Numbered from the stretch's first letter, positions 12,110 to 25,071 are shown. The stretch: 64,000 bases of DNA from Euglena gracilis (GCA_039621445.1 CP154954.1:2232001-2296000), one strand, 5' to 3'. Made by a program: numbers and translations. Notes: generated by a model from the letters alone, not told the origin.

Positions 12110-13596
12110 CTGTCCATCCTATCGGACGTTGCTACGGCTGACCGTGCCCTGACCGGACTTCACCACGGCCTAGGTCAACTGGGCTGCTCTTTGAACTTCG
12201 CCAAGACCACGCCCTGGGCCCTGGGACACGGCACATGCCTTCCCTCCCCGAGGATTCCGTACTGCGGCGGGCATCCGTCATCCCAACCATATATACACCA
12301 GATTCCGGCGTCTCGGTCCTGGGTGTCCCAATTCACCACCCGGCTTCCCGTGGCTTTGTTCGTCAGCAGTTAGACAGCTGCATCTCCAAGAATGAACAGG
12401 CCTGCACCTTGCTGGGCTCTGTACGCGACCCGCAAGTACAGCTGTCCTTGCTTCTTTTCTGCCTCGACGCTTGCAAGTTCAGCTCACTGCTTCGCAGCGC
12501 TCACTGCGTGCCGTTCACTGACCTCCTGTCCCGTGCGGACAGCTGTCTCCGGTCCACCTTCCAACAGATCCTGGATTGCTCGGTATCATACACACAATGG
12601 GCCCAGGCTTCCCTTCCCCTACGCCAGGGCGGATTCGGCATACGGTTATCCATCGACAGCGTGCTACCTGCCCGTCCGAGTGCCCTGTTGTCATGGATTA
12701 CCTGTGCACCATCCTCCTTGGGTTTGGGCAACATCTCACGGGCCCCGATTGATGGACTGCCCGAATTTCTGTCCGGTCTACAGATACGACTGGGTGACGC
12801 CTTTGAACCAGTGCGGAAATGGATCGGGGAGAGTTCCTTAAGTCCCGAGGACACTTCCCACCATGACCAAGCTTGGTGGAGTGAACAGCTCCGCCAGGCC
12901 GCACGTCCGGCATTCCTGTCTGCCCTAAATGACCGGGACCGTGTCCGCTTTGAGCATCAAAGTAATTCTATCTGCTCAAGCTGGATCGGTGCCCGCCCAT
13001 CCAAGGCTGCAGGGTTTGCCGTCGACGGCGCGTCTTTCCGCCTCATGATGAAGACTGCCTATCATCCCCCTCAGCCTGGCCGGTTCCCCCGGCCCCCTCG
13101 GCTGCGGGTCGTTGATCCTTTTGGGGACCACGCTCTGTGCTGCCACAAGAATAAATTGTGGGAACGCCACCACAGAGTACAGCACTTCCTTTGGTCCCAG
13201 CTACAGGCACGGGGTACTCCGCACGCCTTGGAAATCTCGGTGGCCGCCGATCAAAAGAGGGGCGCGGACATCTTCCTTCCCCATTGGTCCGGCGCTGCGT
13301 CCTGGGCCATCGATGTGGGCATCAACCACCCCTCTCCGCCCAGTGCCAGTTGGAGCCTCCCCGCCTCGTGGGAATTACTTCGCAGCAGAGCACTTAGGAA
13401 GACTACCAAATACGGAGGCCGCTGCCAAACCCGAGGTGCGCGATTCTCCCCCATGATCCTTAGTGTATGGGGTTCCTTCGGGGGAGAGAGCCAACGTGTA
13501 CCGGGGGTAGCCAAAAGTCGTCTGGCATTAAAGGCCGACCGGCTTTTACCCGTGCGGTTTTATGTTGCCCCCTTGCCCTCCACCCGTCGGGCTTAA
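12110..13596 (+). pseudogene. 5'-truncated CRE-like retrotransposon: RT C-terminal part plus RLE endonuclease
   Basis: LNFAKT, VLGVPI, FCLDACK, SLPLRQGGFGI, DPFGDHALCC, RGADIFL..WAIDVGI; other copies at 24144-24813 and 51695-52541. Confidence 0.85.
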
Positions 13597-13779
13597 TCCC
13601 GCCCCCCTCCCCGGAGGGGTACGACCGGTTTTATTCCGACCCTGCTATACTCCGCACCCAGCCCTTGCGGTAAAAAAGTGAATCAGTGAAAGTGAGTCGA
13701 GGCACGCAAGTGCTCACCGTTCACCGAGGCCGTGGGCCGGGCTTTACCGACGCCTCTCGCGGTCTCCCCCGCCAGGCGA

Positions 13780-14150
13780 CTAAAATTTTCGACTCACGGG
13801 GGCTGAAGATCAAGATTTTCGGACCCGGGGGGGGGGGGCTGAAAATCAAAATTTTCAGTCCCACAGGGGGGGGGCTGAAAATTGAGATTTTAACTCTCAC
13901 GGGGGGGCTCAAAAAATTTTGAGTCTCGGGGGGGGGGCTGAAAATTAAAATTGTCAGTCTCACGGGGGGGGGGGGGAAAATTGAAAATTTCAATCCCACG
14001 GGGGGGGGGAAAATTTAAATTATCAGTGTCACGGGGGGGGGGGGGGGCAGAAAATTAAATTCTTCAGTCTCACAGGGGGGGGGCAGAAAATTGAAATTTT
14101 CAGTCTCAAAAAAAAATGAAAAAATAAAAGCACGGGGGGGGGAGGGCTGA
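13780..14150. repeat. Tandem ~35-bp G-run repeat
   Basis: Units like GGGGGGGCTGAAAATTGAAATTTTCAGTCTCAC; duplicated at 52725-53100. Confidence 0.8.
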
Positions 14151-15445
14151 AAATTACCTGTGGGACAAAAAAAGGCACCGCTGGCACCAAACCGATTCCA
14201 AGAAGTGGCACAAAACTGGCCAAAATATGTGGCCCCAAAACTGGCCCCTGATGCAGCACCAAACTGGCCCCAAAATGTGGCCCCCTCAGATGTGGTACCA
14301 AACTGGTGCAAAAATGTGGCTCAAAAACTAGCCCCAAGATGTGGCACGAAACTGGCCAAAGATGTGGTTCCAAACTGGCCCCAAAACTGACCACAAGATG
14401 TGAATGTGAATCAAAAAAACTGTAAAGCAAATCACCAGATCACCATTACTGCAAACAAAATGGACAGACAAACAAAAACCTTCGAGTTTCAAGGCACAGC
14501 AACAGGAATCAGAAAACATAAACGACGGCCATTCCCAAGAAAAGGGAGCAGCCCGTTCTCCACTTCACCGCTCTTCTCTCTGCACATCGCACATCGCATG
14601 CATCTATTTGGGGCAGTTTTGGGCGACTTTGGCCCAAATGGGCCGCCGGTCAAAAATGGTAGATTCCACACTTACCCCCCCCCCCCTTATTGTCCCACCG
14701 ACCTCCCCCCGGGAGGCCCGACCGGACAAGATGGGGGGGACAATATGGGGGTACCAAAGGAATTTCATTGGCCGGACAAAAAAAACCCCCCCGTCGGCCG
14801 GGGCCGAGGGACAATATTGGGGGGGGGGGGTATGAAGCCATGTTACCCATCAGTTGAAAGCTCTTGTCAATGGCTTTCGACAGATGGCCACGGGATTCGG
14901 CCATTATGCACGCAGCTGAAAATTAGCGATCGTGCATTCCAAATTTGACCACTATGCCCAGCATAGCCAAGAAAAAAGCATTTTTTTGGGCAAAAATGGC
15001 CCAAAAAATGGCCAAAAATGGCCACTTTTTGGACCCGAAAAAGGGCCGTGTGCCGCCCGCCGGCCGCCCTCGGACCCCCCTCCCCCTTTCCCCCCCCCCC
15101 CCCCCCCCCGCCCCCCCCCCCCCCCCCCCCCCCACCGTTTCTCCTTTGGTCATACCCGGAGAGGGTGAAATTAGGATTAGTCGGTTAAGTCAAGTCAGTT
15201 GAAAGGGGACACTCTCAATTGGGCAGATGAAAAAAATGATAATGTTTTTTTATCAAATTGAATGAAATTTTATCAAATTTTCACAAGCGTCAAACATTGA
15301 ATAAGATCGGCACTTCGGCTCCCGTTTTTGGGCCGAAAGCCATCTGAGCACCGTCGGACGGCTGGCCGGCTGGCCGGAGGGGGGTCTTATTTAAATGGGG
15401 GGGGACCCCTGCGACGAGGAGTCAAACTTGAAATCCAACAAGAGA

Positions 15446-15712
15446 CGGTGGTGGGGCGAACCGAATCCACCGACCAGTGGCACAGCCTACTGGATTTGAG
15501 TGTTCAGGGGGGAGGGAGGCTATGTACAGATGGGGGAACCCCATGGATAGTCAGAGGGGTTAAGCAGAGGCTGAAGGGACTTTAGTGGCCGAGGTTCCGG
15601 GACGGGAAGGTGATGTGGACCCTTAATGTTGTGGGTCGTGGGGGCAGGGATGGGTTGGCCAAGGGCCAGGTCATAGTAGGTGGGTTTTCCTCGTCTTGTC
15701 GACGCGACGAGG
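15446..15712 (-). mobile_element. Short 3'-end fragment of a CRE-like element
   Basis: Contains the conserved 54-nt terminus (15446-15499) and a 3' UTR similar to 43320-43472; duplicated at 54409-54675. Confidence 0.75.
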
Positions 15713-16243
15713 AGTGGGGAGATTCGGATTTTCACGGTGGGTGGGCCCGGGGCACGGTCTGGGTGAAGCTGTGCTACCCACCGTGATTCCGCATCACGGT
15801 GGGTAGCACAGCTTCACCCAAACCGTGCCCCGGGCCCAGGGAAACGTCTCTTTTGGCCCTCGCCACAAGAGGAACCCCCTTGTGACTCCCTGTGCCGCCA
15901 CAGGTCGCGGGTAGATTATACTGTGGGTGAAATGTACAAAGGAGCCGAGTGAACTTGTTGTGGAGGTCAGTGGTTAGCGGAAGATGAGCAAAGGTCACCT
16001 TCAATATATATTGGGCGGGGAGGGGGGCGTGTGTACCGCTTTTGCCACAGGGGCGTGTTTGTGTCGGGTTTTGGCTTTTGTTGTGTTTTGCTTCTCTGCG
16101 TGTGTATGTGATATGTGACCCATGGATTTGTCTTTGGCTCGGCGTGTGGCTCTGCTCAGCTCAGGGGATAACTACGGGTTAAAAACTTGGCAGGTGAGAG
16201 TTCAAGGTTGGTTATTTGGTTGAGAGTTTGTGCTCAAAGGCCT

Positions 16244-19200
16244 TCAGACAGAATAGGGTGAGTGGGCAGAAGACAGGGTGATCTCATCTTTGGAAGAATA
16301 CAAGCTCCAAACGAGCTGTCTGCTGATTTCTCTGATAAGTGTGAAGGACAGGCCTTGCCAAATGTCTGCTTCTGCGGCCCGCCGCTGCCACCCTTCCCGC
16401 TGCCCCAGAAGGGCCTTGAGGAGGGTGGCCATCAAGGAGCGCGCTTCTTGTCCCATGCCCCCATAGCAATCCATGACGAATGGCGTCAACCGCCAGCCCA
16501 GTCGTTGGCATGTTGCATCATATTTGGCATGCTTTTCGGCCTCCTGACGTGTTTGCCATTGTGAAAGGCTCTCTGCACTTCGCAGCGGATGACTTTGCGC
16601 AAGGGTGTGGCGGATTGTCACATCCACTGCAACGGGTCCATCACTGTCCAAGCGAGGAATGAAGATATCCCCAGGCTGGGAACGGTCATCAGCTCGTTGT
16701 TCTTTACGGGCTGTAAATCCTGCCTTCTGTGTTGTGGTTGTCAGAAAATCTTGTACCGCCCCGTGCCGCCGGGTGATGAAGTTTGATTTGCAGCAAACGA
16801 GGTGGTGTCCGAGAAAATCTGATTGTCCAAAGCATTTGGGACAGAGGTTGGGATCGGATTCCATTGGTGTGAGAGTCATTCCAAGGGACCAACGAAGTGT
16901 GCAGCGGAATTCAGCCGTGGGCAACAGGGTGCGGAGTCCTTGAGATGGTGTCAAAGCGGCCCATGCCATAGCGTGTGGTTGGCATTGGCTTGCAAAGCGT
17001 ACAGCATCAGGTCCATTCAATGTGTCCCGAAGTGTTTTCTGGCGGGCAAACATGGTCTGCTGATTCCACCAACGTTGTGAATTGTGTGGAGACTGTGCCT
17101 GAGGGATCAAATTTTTGTCAGTGGCCCATTGTGGCAGTGGGGCTATTTGACCAAGTTCATTGAGGGCTGCCCGTAAACAATCATCAGTGTCTTTGGGAAG
17201 GATGTCCAAGGCAGCGGGCAGGCCCAAGACAGAGGGAGCTCTTCGACAGAAGTCCACCACTTGAGACAATCTGGCTGGCACACGTTGAAATAGTGGATCC
17301 GAGATCCCCAGTCCACCGCATCTGATGGCCAGGGAAACTTGCAACCATTCTTCTGGAGTGCAAGGGGAGCCGACCATGCCACTGAATGTTTCCCGAATAC
17401 CACCACCCCCCCCCCCTAATTGACCGTGGGACCTCTCCACGGGACCCCCCTTTTGGTCAATTAGGGGGGGGTGTCAATTAGGGGGGGGTACCGTCAATTA
17501 GGGGGGGGGTACCATCAATTAGGGGGTGCTTCAGCACGGAATCCCCCCGGGTAGTCAATTAGGGGGGGGGGTCGAAAAAAATTTTCCCGGGGCGATCGGT
17601 CAATTAGGGGGGGGGGGGTCAATTAGGGGGGGGGGTGGTGGTAATTCCCGACAATGTCTTGCATGCCGCTGTTGCAGAGGTGATTTTGCAGGCGCGCAAG
17701 AGGTCATTCACTTTGCAAGCAGATAAACAAAAACGAAGCAAGGTGAATTGCACATGCGATTGAGGTAGGTGCTGAAGTACTGTGCAAGAACGTCGGATGT
17801 CTGCAATGCGCTTATTCCAAACTTCGTCACAGAAGCGGTCATCTTGGGGGTGGTGGACAGGGACCCCCAAAACTTTCAAACCAGAACCAGCAACAAAGGC
17901 GGTCAGTGGTATTTGATGTAAGGGGCTGTCGTGTGGCGTGCCAGGTCTGGGAAGGCAGACAATGGTTTCCACAATACAGCTTGCTGTGTTGGGCGTAGCA
18001 CGAATCCAGTCAAGGGCACACTTCTGGGCATCGTCTACGGATGGATTGCAGGATTTTTTCCCGTGACAAAGAGTTGAAGGCATTCCTGAAATCCACTTGA
18101 AGCAGCCCCCAGCGATTGTCTCTGTCTGAGTGCAAAGTGTCCACCATTTGTTGGATTCCCATTGCGATCAGTGGACAAGCATTCGGCACACCAACGCCAC
18201 ATTGTGGAGGACTCAGTTCTTTCAAAGCGTTTACCACTGTGGGATGACGCATGAGGCATTTGCCAACCAATCGGCGAAGGGTTTCACCTGCTGCGATTGG
18301 GCGAGTGTCTTCATCACACACCGTGTTCTCCACAAGGTTTCCAAAAGCATCCTCTTCCATTGCTGTTTGTTTGTACTGTTTTCGCAGAGGTGTCAACCTG
18401 GCTGAGGAAAGAATTGGGGCCATGCCGGGGTGAACACCGTTTGTAATTGCCCGACAGATGAAGGTATCCAGCACCTCGAGGAGGTCATCTCCACAAGCCC
18501 CTGGGTAGTCTCCAACCATGGCCTTGAGGTGGTCAGGTCTCAGGCCAGAAGGACCCGGTGCGGATTCCTTTGGGAACCCGAATATGGCTTTGCGCAAATT
18601 TTGCAATCGTTCTTTTGTGCTTTCTGGGTCCGAAGGAAAGGTGATCGTTTGGGAAGGGTCGGACACCGGGATGCGCGGTGGAGGCTCTGGTGGGTGAAGG
18701 TCACGCAGCCTTTGAATCACTTTTGGGTCATTGCTGTTCTGAACCCCCCTCAGAGGTGAGCTCTCGGCAGGCTTTTGAAATAGCCCCGTGGCCAACAAGG
18801 CTTTCAATGCGGGAAAGGAACCGTTCTTCGGTGGCCTTGGCAGCGAGTGCTGTTTTTTGCCTTGTCTGTCTGCCTTGTGGCTTTTGTGGGAGACTGGAGT
18901 CCAACCAAGAATCAAACACATGACGGGTGAGATACAGGCGAGCTCGTTCTGCAATTTTTCTCCCCACCATCGCCCAGTTCGATCGCCCGCCACGCTGCAA
19001 AGGACAGAGCACCGCTTTGGGGAAGGCCCACAAGGCGTGCAGGGTTTCCCAGCCAGGTTCCCTGTTGAAATGCCTCAACAATTGCAGGTAGGTTTGATTG
19101 ACATTCAGGAGGGCTCCACGCGGCAGGTATACAAGGGTGCCCCGATCATCAAAAGAAATTTCCTCAAAAGTGGGATGAAGGGATGGTGGGCATGGAGCAG

Positions 19201-19830
19201 AGAATGGCGTAACCCCGGCAATGTGATTTTGGCCAATGGGGGTTGGTGGGGGTCTGGCTGGGGCTGGTGACGATGCTACTGCGGTTGTTGCCACCGAGGT
19301 TGGTGGGGGTCCCGCGAGGGCTAGTGACGATGCTGCTGCGGTTGTTGCCACTAAGGATGAAGAGCTGGCACCCAAAGGGAGGTTGGAGAAGTTCAGGAAG
19401 GGCGTCGCCTGATTTGCTTGCATCCAAATGGCCCCAACATCTGACGGGGGGAAGGGTCCTGGTCCTTGTGTGCCAATTGGGTTCTCCATGATGACCGTGG
19501 AGCACATTGAGGGGAGGCCTTGTTGGCCAAAGAACAATGGACCCGGCAGATTTGGGAACCAAGATCCCCTTTCCAATGGTGGCACTGCGGGTGGTGGTGC
19601 GGATGGGGGGATGGAAATTTGTGATGCTGGCGCCATGTCAACGTCCTCACCCGACACCGAAGGGTGCTCTGCGGGCGGTGGTGCAGTAGGAGTGATTGAG
19701 GTTTGTGATGCTGGCGCCATGTCAATATCTTCACCCGGAACAGATGGTGGGGTTGTAGGAGCCCGGGGTTACTCTCAATGTCCCCACAGGTCAGTAAAGA
19801 CCGACCTCGGCCTGCCCCTCCCGATGCTGG
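16244..19830 (-). pseudogene. 2A-RT-RLE polyprotein, frameshifted, catalytic RT core deleted
   Basis: GRGRSLLTCGDIESNPG (~19762-19815); LWAFPKAVL, APGPSGLRPDHL, RPIAAGETLRRLVGK, LQVDFRNAFN; QQGDP-YLDD segment missing near 17950; CPKC..GHHLVCC, QPGDIF..VAVDVT. Confidence 0.88.
17399..17642. mobile_element. MITE with 3-bp TSD (AAT)
   Basis: TIR ACCACCACCCCCCCCCCCTAATTGACC; TSD at 17396-17398 and 17643-17645; removal restores the LSGI|RET reading. Confidence 0.9.
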
Positions 19831-20896
19831 TAGGGTAGGCTGTGTGCTGTCTTTCGCAGAAACGTAAGGCAGCAGCACTTTTATTTGTGTCGCCGACGTT
19901 GGGTGGTTTCTTCCGGTCAGCGGAGACGGAACCTGGGGGTTGTCCGGTTTATTTTGCTGAGGTGGGAAGGTTGCAGCCCAGTAGAATCCGGCAGAACTGG
20001 CTGGCTGGGGGGCCAATGTTGCAGACCAAAAAGTGGATGTGCTGTCTGGGTGGGGGGCCACTGTTGCAGTCCAAAATGTGGAGGAACATGGTTTGCCAGT
20101 TTGTCGGGGGCTTTTCAGGCTGAGAGCAAAAATGGTGTCAGGGGGGGGGGGCTTTGCAGGCCCATGGCCTTTGCAGGCCACTGGGACAAAATGCTACAAC
20201 AGGACAAAAAGGTGTCATAGGGGGGCCTTTGTAGGCCCAGGGCCTTTGCAGGCCACTGGAGCAAAATGGTGTTGGAAGGGGGCCTTTGCAGGCCCAGGGC
20301 CTTTGCAGGCCACTGGGGCAAAATGGTGCAACAGACCGAAATGGTGTCACAGGGGGGCCTTTGCAGGCCCAGTGACTTTGCAGGACACTGGGGTAAAACG
20401 GTGTCACTGAGGGGTTGTGGTGGCAAAATGTTTTCCAATGTCAAGTCAAAACTGCTGCAAAGTGTCACTGAGGGGTTGGGGTGGCAAAATGTTTTTCAAT
20501 GTCAAGTCAAAACTGCAGCAAAATGTGTCAGAGCTTTTGGTGTAACATGTGCTGTGAAAACTGGGGGTTTGCCACTTCAATTGATCAGAAGTTTGGGATG
20601 CAATGCAGAACACCGAAAAGAAGACACTGGAGCTGAAAGTTCCACTTAATGGTTGGCAGATGGGGGGCCTTTGCAGGCCCAAAGGGGGGGGCCTTTGCAG
20701 GCCCAAAGACTGGGGGGGCCTTTTCAGGCCCAGGGTCTTTTCAGGCCAGTGGCCAGTGAAGGGGCCTTGTAAGGCCCTGTAGCAGGGGGGGCCTTTTCAG
20801 GCCCAATACAGCCAACAGCAGCATGGTGAAGTTCTGCAGCAGCAAGACCAATAAGGGCTGAGAAGCCCAAGGACTTGGGTTCTTGAATGTCTTGTC

Positions 20897-21989
20897 TTAA
20901 GTCCGCTTTGTCAGCACCAGGCCTCAGGACAGAGTCTGTGTTGTCAACACAGGACTCAGGGGGGGGGCCTGAGTCCTGTGTTGACAACACAGACTTTGTC
21001 CTGAGTCCTGTGTTGACAACACAGACTTTGTCCAAAGGCACAAATGAGAGAGAGAAATCCAAAAGCCATTGAAAAGCAGCCAATGACCATAAAATTGGTG
21101 GCAGGTGGCGTTCCCGACCGTTTCTTGTTTGGCCTGCAAGTTTTTCATGGTGCCACTGGTCACGTTCAATGCTGGCTTTCCATCGTTGTGTGTTTGAAGC
21201 TCAAAGTTGCCAACGCGAAGTTCCAACAACGAATCTGGGCGGTGGCCCAGTTGGAAAGCAACCAGGAGCAAATTTAGGCGCTGCTCTTCATAGCATGACT
21301 GGAAGTTCGTTTTGTCATGCAACGTGACCAGTTCATCATCCGTCAGCACAGCGACTGCCTCCTTGATGGCCAAGTTTGTCCGAGCACGAGTGTAAGATGC
21401 ATTGAAAATCCGACAAAAATTTGGAAATTGAATTTGTGCACTCGGAACGATTCCAGACGCCGGCCGTGTTTGTTTGTACATGAGCGCCAGTGCGTTCACG
21501 TTAGTCTTCAACGTTTGTGGGCTCCACTCACGCACGGGAACACCTGCTGCGGCACACAAATTTCTTCTTTGCACCAAGGCAGCATCTCTCTGAGCAGCGT
21601 CATCAAAATGGAAGATCACCGCCAGTGTAAATTTGGCAAATGCAGCCATCCAATCGTCCAAATTGGACAAAATGCAACTCTGGTAGGCCAAAACCTTCGC
21701 AAAATCCTTGGCGCGTGATAAGATTTTTTTGATTTTTTTCTGTTCCCGCAGGGAGTCCTGGTTGCTCGGCAAAGGTGTTGCCAAACAACGCGGCGTCGGC
21801 CGGGGGTGGACGTGTGAGGTTTTGGGCCTGGTCCAAAGCGGCCAAAAAAACGTCCACTGGGGGTAATGCAATTGTGCTGCCATCATTTTGTGTGGCCTGA
21901 AGAAAAAAGCATTGGTGATATATGAATCATCCGAGGTTAATAACACAGACTCTGTCCTGAGGCCTGGTGCTGTTACAAAGCGGACTTAA
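20897..21989 (-). mobile_element. Crypton-like element carrying a truncated tyrosine recombinase
   Basis: ~46-bp inverted repeats beginning TTAAGTCCGCTTTGT at both ends; internal ORF with LTDDE...RLNLLLVAFQLGHRPDSLLELRVGNF...TMKN, resembling YR box I plus catalytic Lys. Confidence 0.6.
21110..21886 (-). pseudogene. Tyrosine recombinase-like protein, C-terminally truncated (no HxxR or Tyr)
   Basis: Part of ORF 20924-21946; motif LG.R...L..L. Confidence 0.55.
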
Positions 21990-22117
21990 AGAACTGTGTT
22001 AACAACACAGACTCTGTCCTGAGTCCTGTGTTGACAACACGGACTCCGTCCTTCGGACGGAGTCCGTGTTGTCAACACAGGACTCAGGACAGAGTCTGTG
22101 TTGTTAACACAGTTCTT
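21989..22117. repeat. Perfect palindrome, 63-bp arms and TTC loop
   Basis: Arms are exact reverse complements; built from the same GTGTTGACAACAC units as the adjacent inverted repeats. Confidence 0.95.
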
Positions 22118-22313
22118 GGTGTAGAGCTTGTACGTTTGACTTCTGGTATTGCACTTGTACTTGACTTCTGCCTGCACCAGCAGGACTTCAACTTCTGCCT
22201 GCACCAGCAGGACTTCTTCTGCCTGCACCAGCAGGGCTTGTGATCGATGATAGTTGAACTCTTGGCTTGGTTTGTCCCCACCAGGGGCTTTCAATTGTCC
22301 GCCATGTATTATG

Positions 22314-22338
22314 CGAAAAAAAATAGACACTCAGAAGT
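22314..22338 (-). other. Euglenid spliced-leader exon copy
   Basis: Reverse complement ACTTCTGAGTGTCTATTTTTTTTCG; not followed by a GT donor. Confidence 0.85.
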
Positions 22339-22342
22339 CAGA

Positions 22343-22466
22343 AGTGGGGAGAGTCCTACCAGGATCGCATTTAGGATTTGCGTACTAAGGGTGTTTCCTA
22401 ACTTTCATGAACGAGCCCCACACACACACAAGCACACACAAGCCCACAGACACCCACCCACCCACC

Positions 22467-22512
<46 letters not shown>

Positions 22513-22906
22513 GACAAAAGGGCCCACGCCCCTCAGGGCAAGGCCAGCGAGAAGCGAAGTGAAACCAAAGAGTGACTGGCGGGTGCAACGGCTCGCGGTG
22601 ACCCGTCCCGACGGCAAAGAACAGCACGCCGACACGGGCGACGCGCTCGCACGGGCGACGCACGGGCACGACACGCGCGAGACATGTGCGAGCCGTGCCG
22701 AGCCGTGCCGAGCCGTGCCGAGCCGTGCCGAGCCGTGCCGAGCCGAGCCGAGCCGAGCCGTGCCTAAAAATTTTTTTTTCATGAACGGAAAATGAAAGGA
22801 AAGGTCTCACAGATTTTATCTTTCTTTCATAGCATTTTTCACGAACTGCACCACCCTAGTCCGATTTTCCTCTATTTGGCTTAAAAAGGGGCGGCGTTAT
22901 CGGAAA
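22343..22906. repeat. Repeat with (CA)n and 10-bp satellite (GCCGAGCCGT)n
   Basis: Copy at 54676-55281; inverted partial copy at 30979-31306. Confidence 0.9.
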
Positions 22907-24143
22907 CACAATTTTGTAGTATTTTATTGTGGCAAAATACGCTATTGCGACGTACTGGTAAATAAACGTTGGCTTGCTACTGATTTGCTCACATGTACTT
23001 GGGGATGCACACCACAGCACAATTTTGGTTTTGATTTCACCCAACGTCGTGTTTTTTTCCTGTCCCGCACCGCATCTAGATGCTGTGGGATTCAAGACAA
23101 AAATACAGCCCACGTTTTCCATGCTGTGCATCAGGATGTTCCAGTGCACAAGCTGAACAGACCAGTAGCACCCATGCAAAGACCTCAAATCCCCTCTGGA
23201 TATACTATACACCCTGGATATGCTATACACACTATACACACACAATCTCTCCAAGGAGATCCGCATCAAGCGCTTTTTTTCCTTTAGTGGCACAAATTGA
23301 GAATGAAAACACATTGGCAATCTCAAACAACAAGGAGCTGAGGGGTGATGGATTCTTGGTGAGCGTCAAATGAATTTGTATTTCGGGAATCTCGCGAAAT
23401 CTTACGCATATGCAATATTGAGTTTGGGCTTTCGCACGGGCAGAGGCATGGTGAAACTCGTAGTTGTTCTTGAAGCGTTGTTTTGGACTTTTTAGAAAAG
23501 TGTTTGATGACAAATGAATTAGAGTGAGTATATATGTTCAGTCCCAAGTTTAGGTGTGATTTTGAATGCTCCTGGTGGGAAGAAATACGGGGGCTTTGCA
23601 AACGTATCGCATTCCTGGTGTCGAGGACAGTGTATTTTCTGAAGAGTCCCATGGCAGTCTTTGGTCAACATCTGCTACAGTGCCTCAACTTGGCCATTTT
23701 TTGAAAAAACTTTGAAAAAGGGGAAGGGATAATCATTTTCAGACCCTCTGATTTTCTGCACTTTTTTGGCTTTGTTGCACTCTTAACCCCCTCCTTTCAG
23801 AGTTGTGGTTTTCACGGACACGTTTGGGGTGTATCTTGATGCTATTCAATTTGTGTGGCAATCTTTTGTCTCCCAAAACTGTCGTTTCCCCCCCCACAAC
23901 TGAAATGTTTTTTGTATGTGTTTCTGCATCTGCATGTTTTAAAACAGTTTTCCAAAAAGAGCTGGTTTTCATTTTGATTGGGCCTTTTTCAAGGACGATT
24001 ATTTATTACACATGTTCAATATTTCACGCAGAGTAATGTGGAACATTTCACGGGGATGCATTCATTCAATAAAATTCAAATTGGGTCAAAGTAATGGTGT
24101 TTGGGAGCCAAGGAATATATCATTTTCTCGGTGTAGTTAGTGC

Positions 24144-24813
24144 AGGTCAACTGGGCTGCTCTTTGAACTTCGCCAAGACCACGCCCTGGGCCCTGGGACA
24201 CGGCACATGCCTTCCCTCCCCGAGGATTCCGTACTGCGGCGGGCATCCGTCATCCCAACCATATATACACCAGATTCCGGCGTCTCGGTCCTGGGTGTCC
24301 CAATTCACCACCCGGCTTCCCGTGGCTTTGTTCGTCAGCAGTTAGACAGCTCATCTCCAAGAATGAACAGGCCTGCACCTTGCTGGGCTCTGTACGCGAC
24401 CCGCAAGTACAGCTGTCCTTGCTTCTTTTCTGCCTCGACGCTTGCAAGTTCAGCTCACTGCTTCGCAGCGCTCACTGCGTGCCGTTCACTGACCTCCTGT
24501 CCCGTGCGGACAGCTGTCTCCGGTCCACCTTCCAACAGATCCTGGATTGCTCGGTATCAGACACACAATGGGCCCAGGCTTCCCTTCCCCTACGCCAGGG
24601 CGGGTTCGGCATACGGTTATCCATCGACAGCGTGCTACCTGCCCGTCCGAGTGCCCTGTTGTCATGGATTACCTGTGCACCATCCTCCTTGGGTTTGGGC
24701 AACATCTCACGGGCCCCGATTGATGGACTGCCCGAATTTCTGTCCGGTCTACAGACACGACTGGGTGACGCCTTTGAACCAGTGCGGAAATGGATCGGGG
24801 AGAGTTCCTTAAG
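24144..24813 (+). pseudogene. CRE-like RT C-terminal fragment (copy of 12172-12843)
   Basis: Near-identical nucleotide sequence with a 2-bp deletion. Confidence 0.9.
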
Positions 24814-25071
24814 TAAGTAAGTCCAACACACACACCTACCAACCACAGTCCCAGGGACCCGTGGTGAACCAAGGGCTGCCCAGCAGCAACACATTCGGGA
24901 CCAAAATGTCCCCCACATTTCCCCAAATCTCCCCCAAATGGGGGGAAATCGTGGACCAAATGGCCCCCACTTTTCCCCAAATCTCCCCCAGATGGGGGGA
25001 GATCGTGGACCAACTGGCCCTCCCATTGCTGAACTACTTCGCCAGCTGCTGCAAACAGCCACATGAGCTAA

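Larger units (their letters stand above)
12750..15722. repeat. Segmental duplication copy 1 (continues at 22343-22906)
   Basis: Near-identical to 51695-54685; 22343-22906 matches 54676-55281. Confidence 0.95.
15723..22342 (-). mobile_element. SL-headed CRE-like non-LTR retrotransposon (defective), 10-bp TSD
   Basis: TSD AGTGGGGAGA at 15713-15722 and 22343-22352; empty site at 54676-54685; SL at its 5' end; 2A, RT and RLE remnants. Confidence 0.92.

Noticed and set aside
24845-24902. Possible HDV-like ribozyme or tRNA-like fold at the element 5' end
   Set aside because: Only short hairpins; I could not build a nested pseudoknot or cloverleaf by eye
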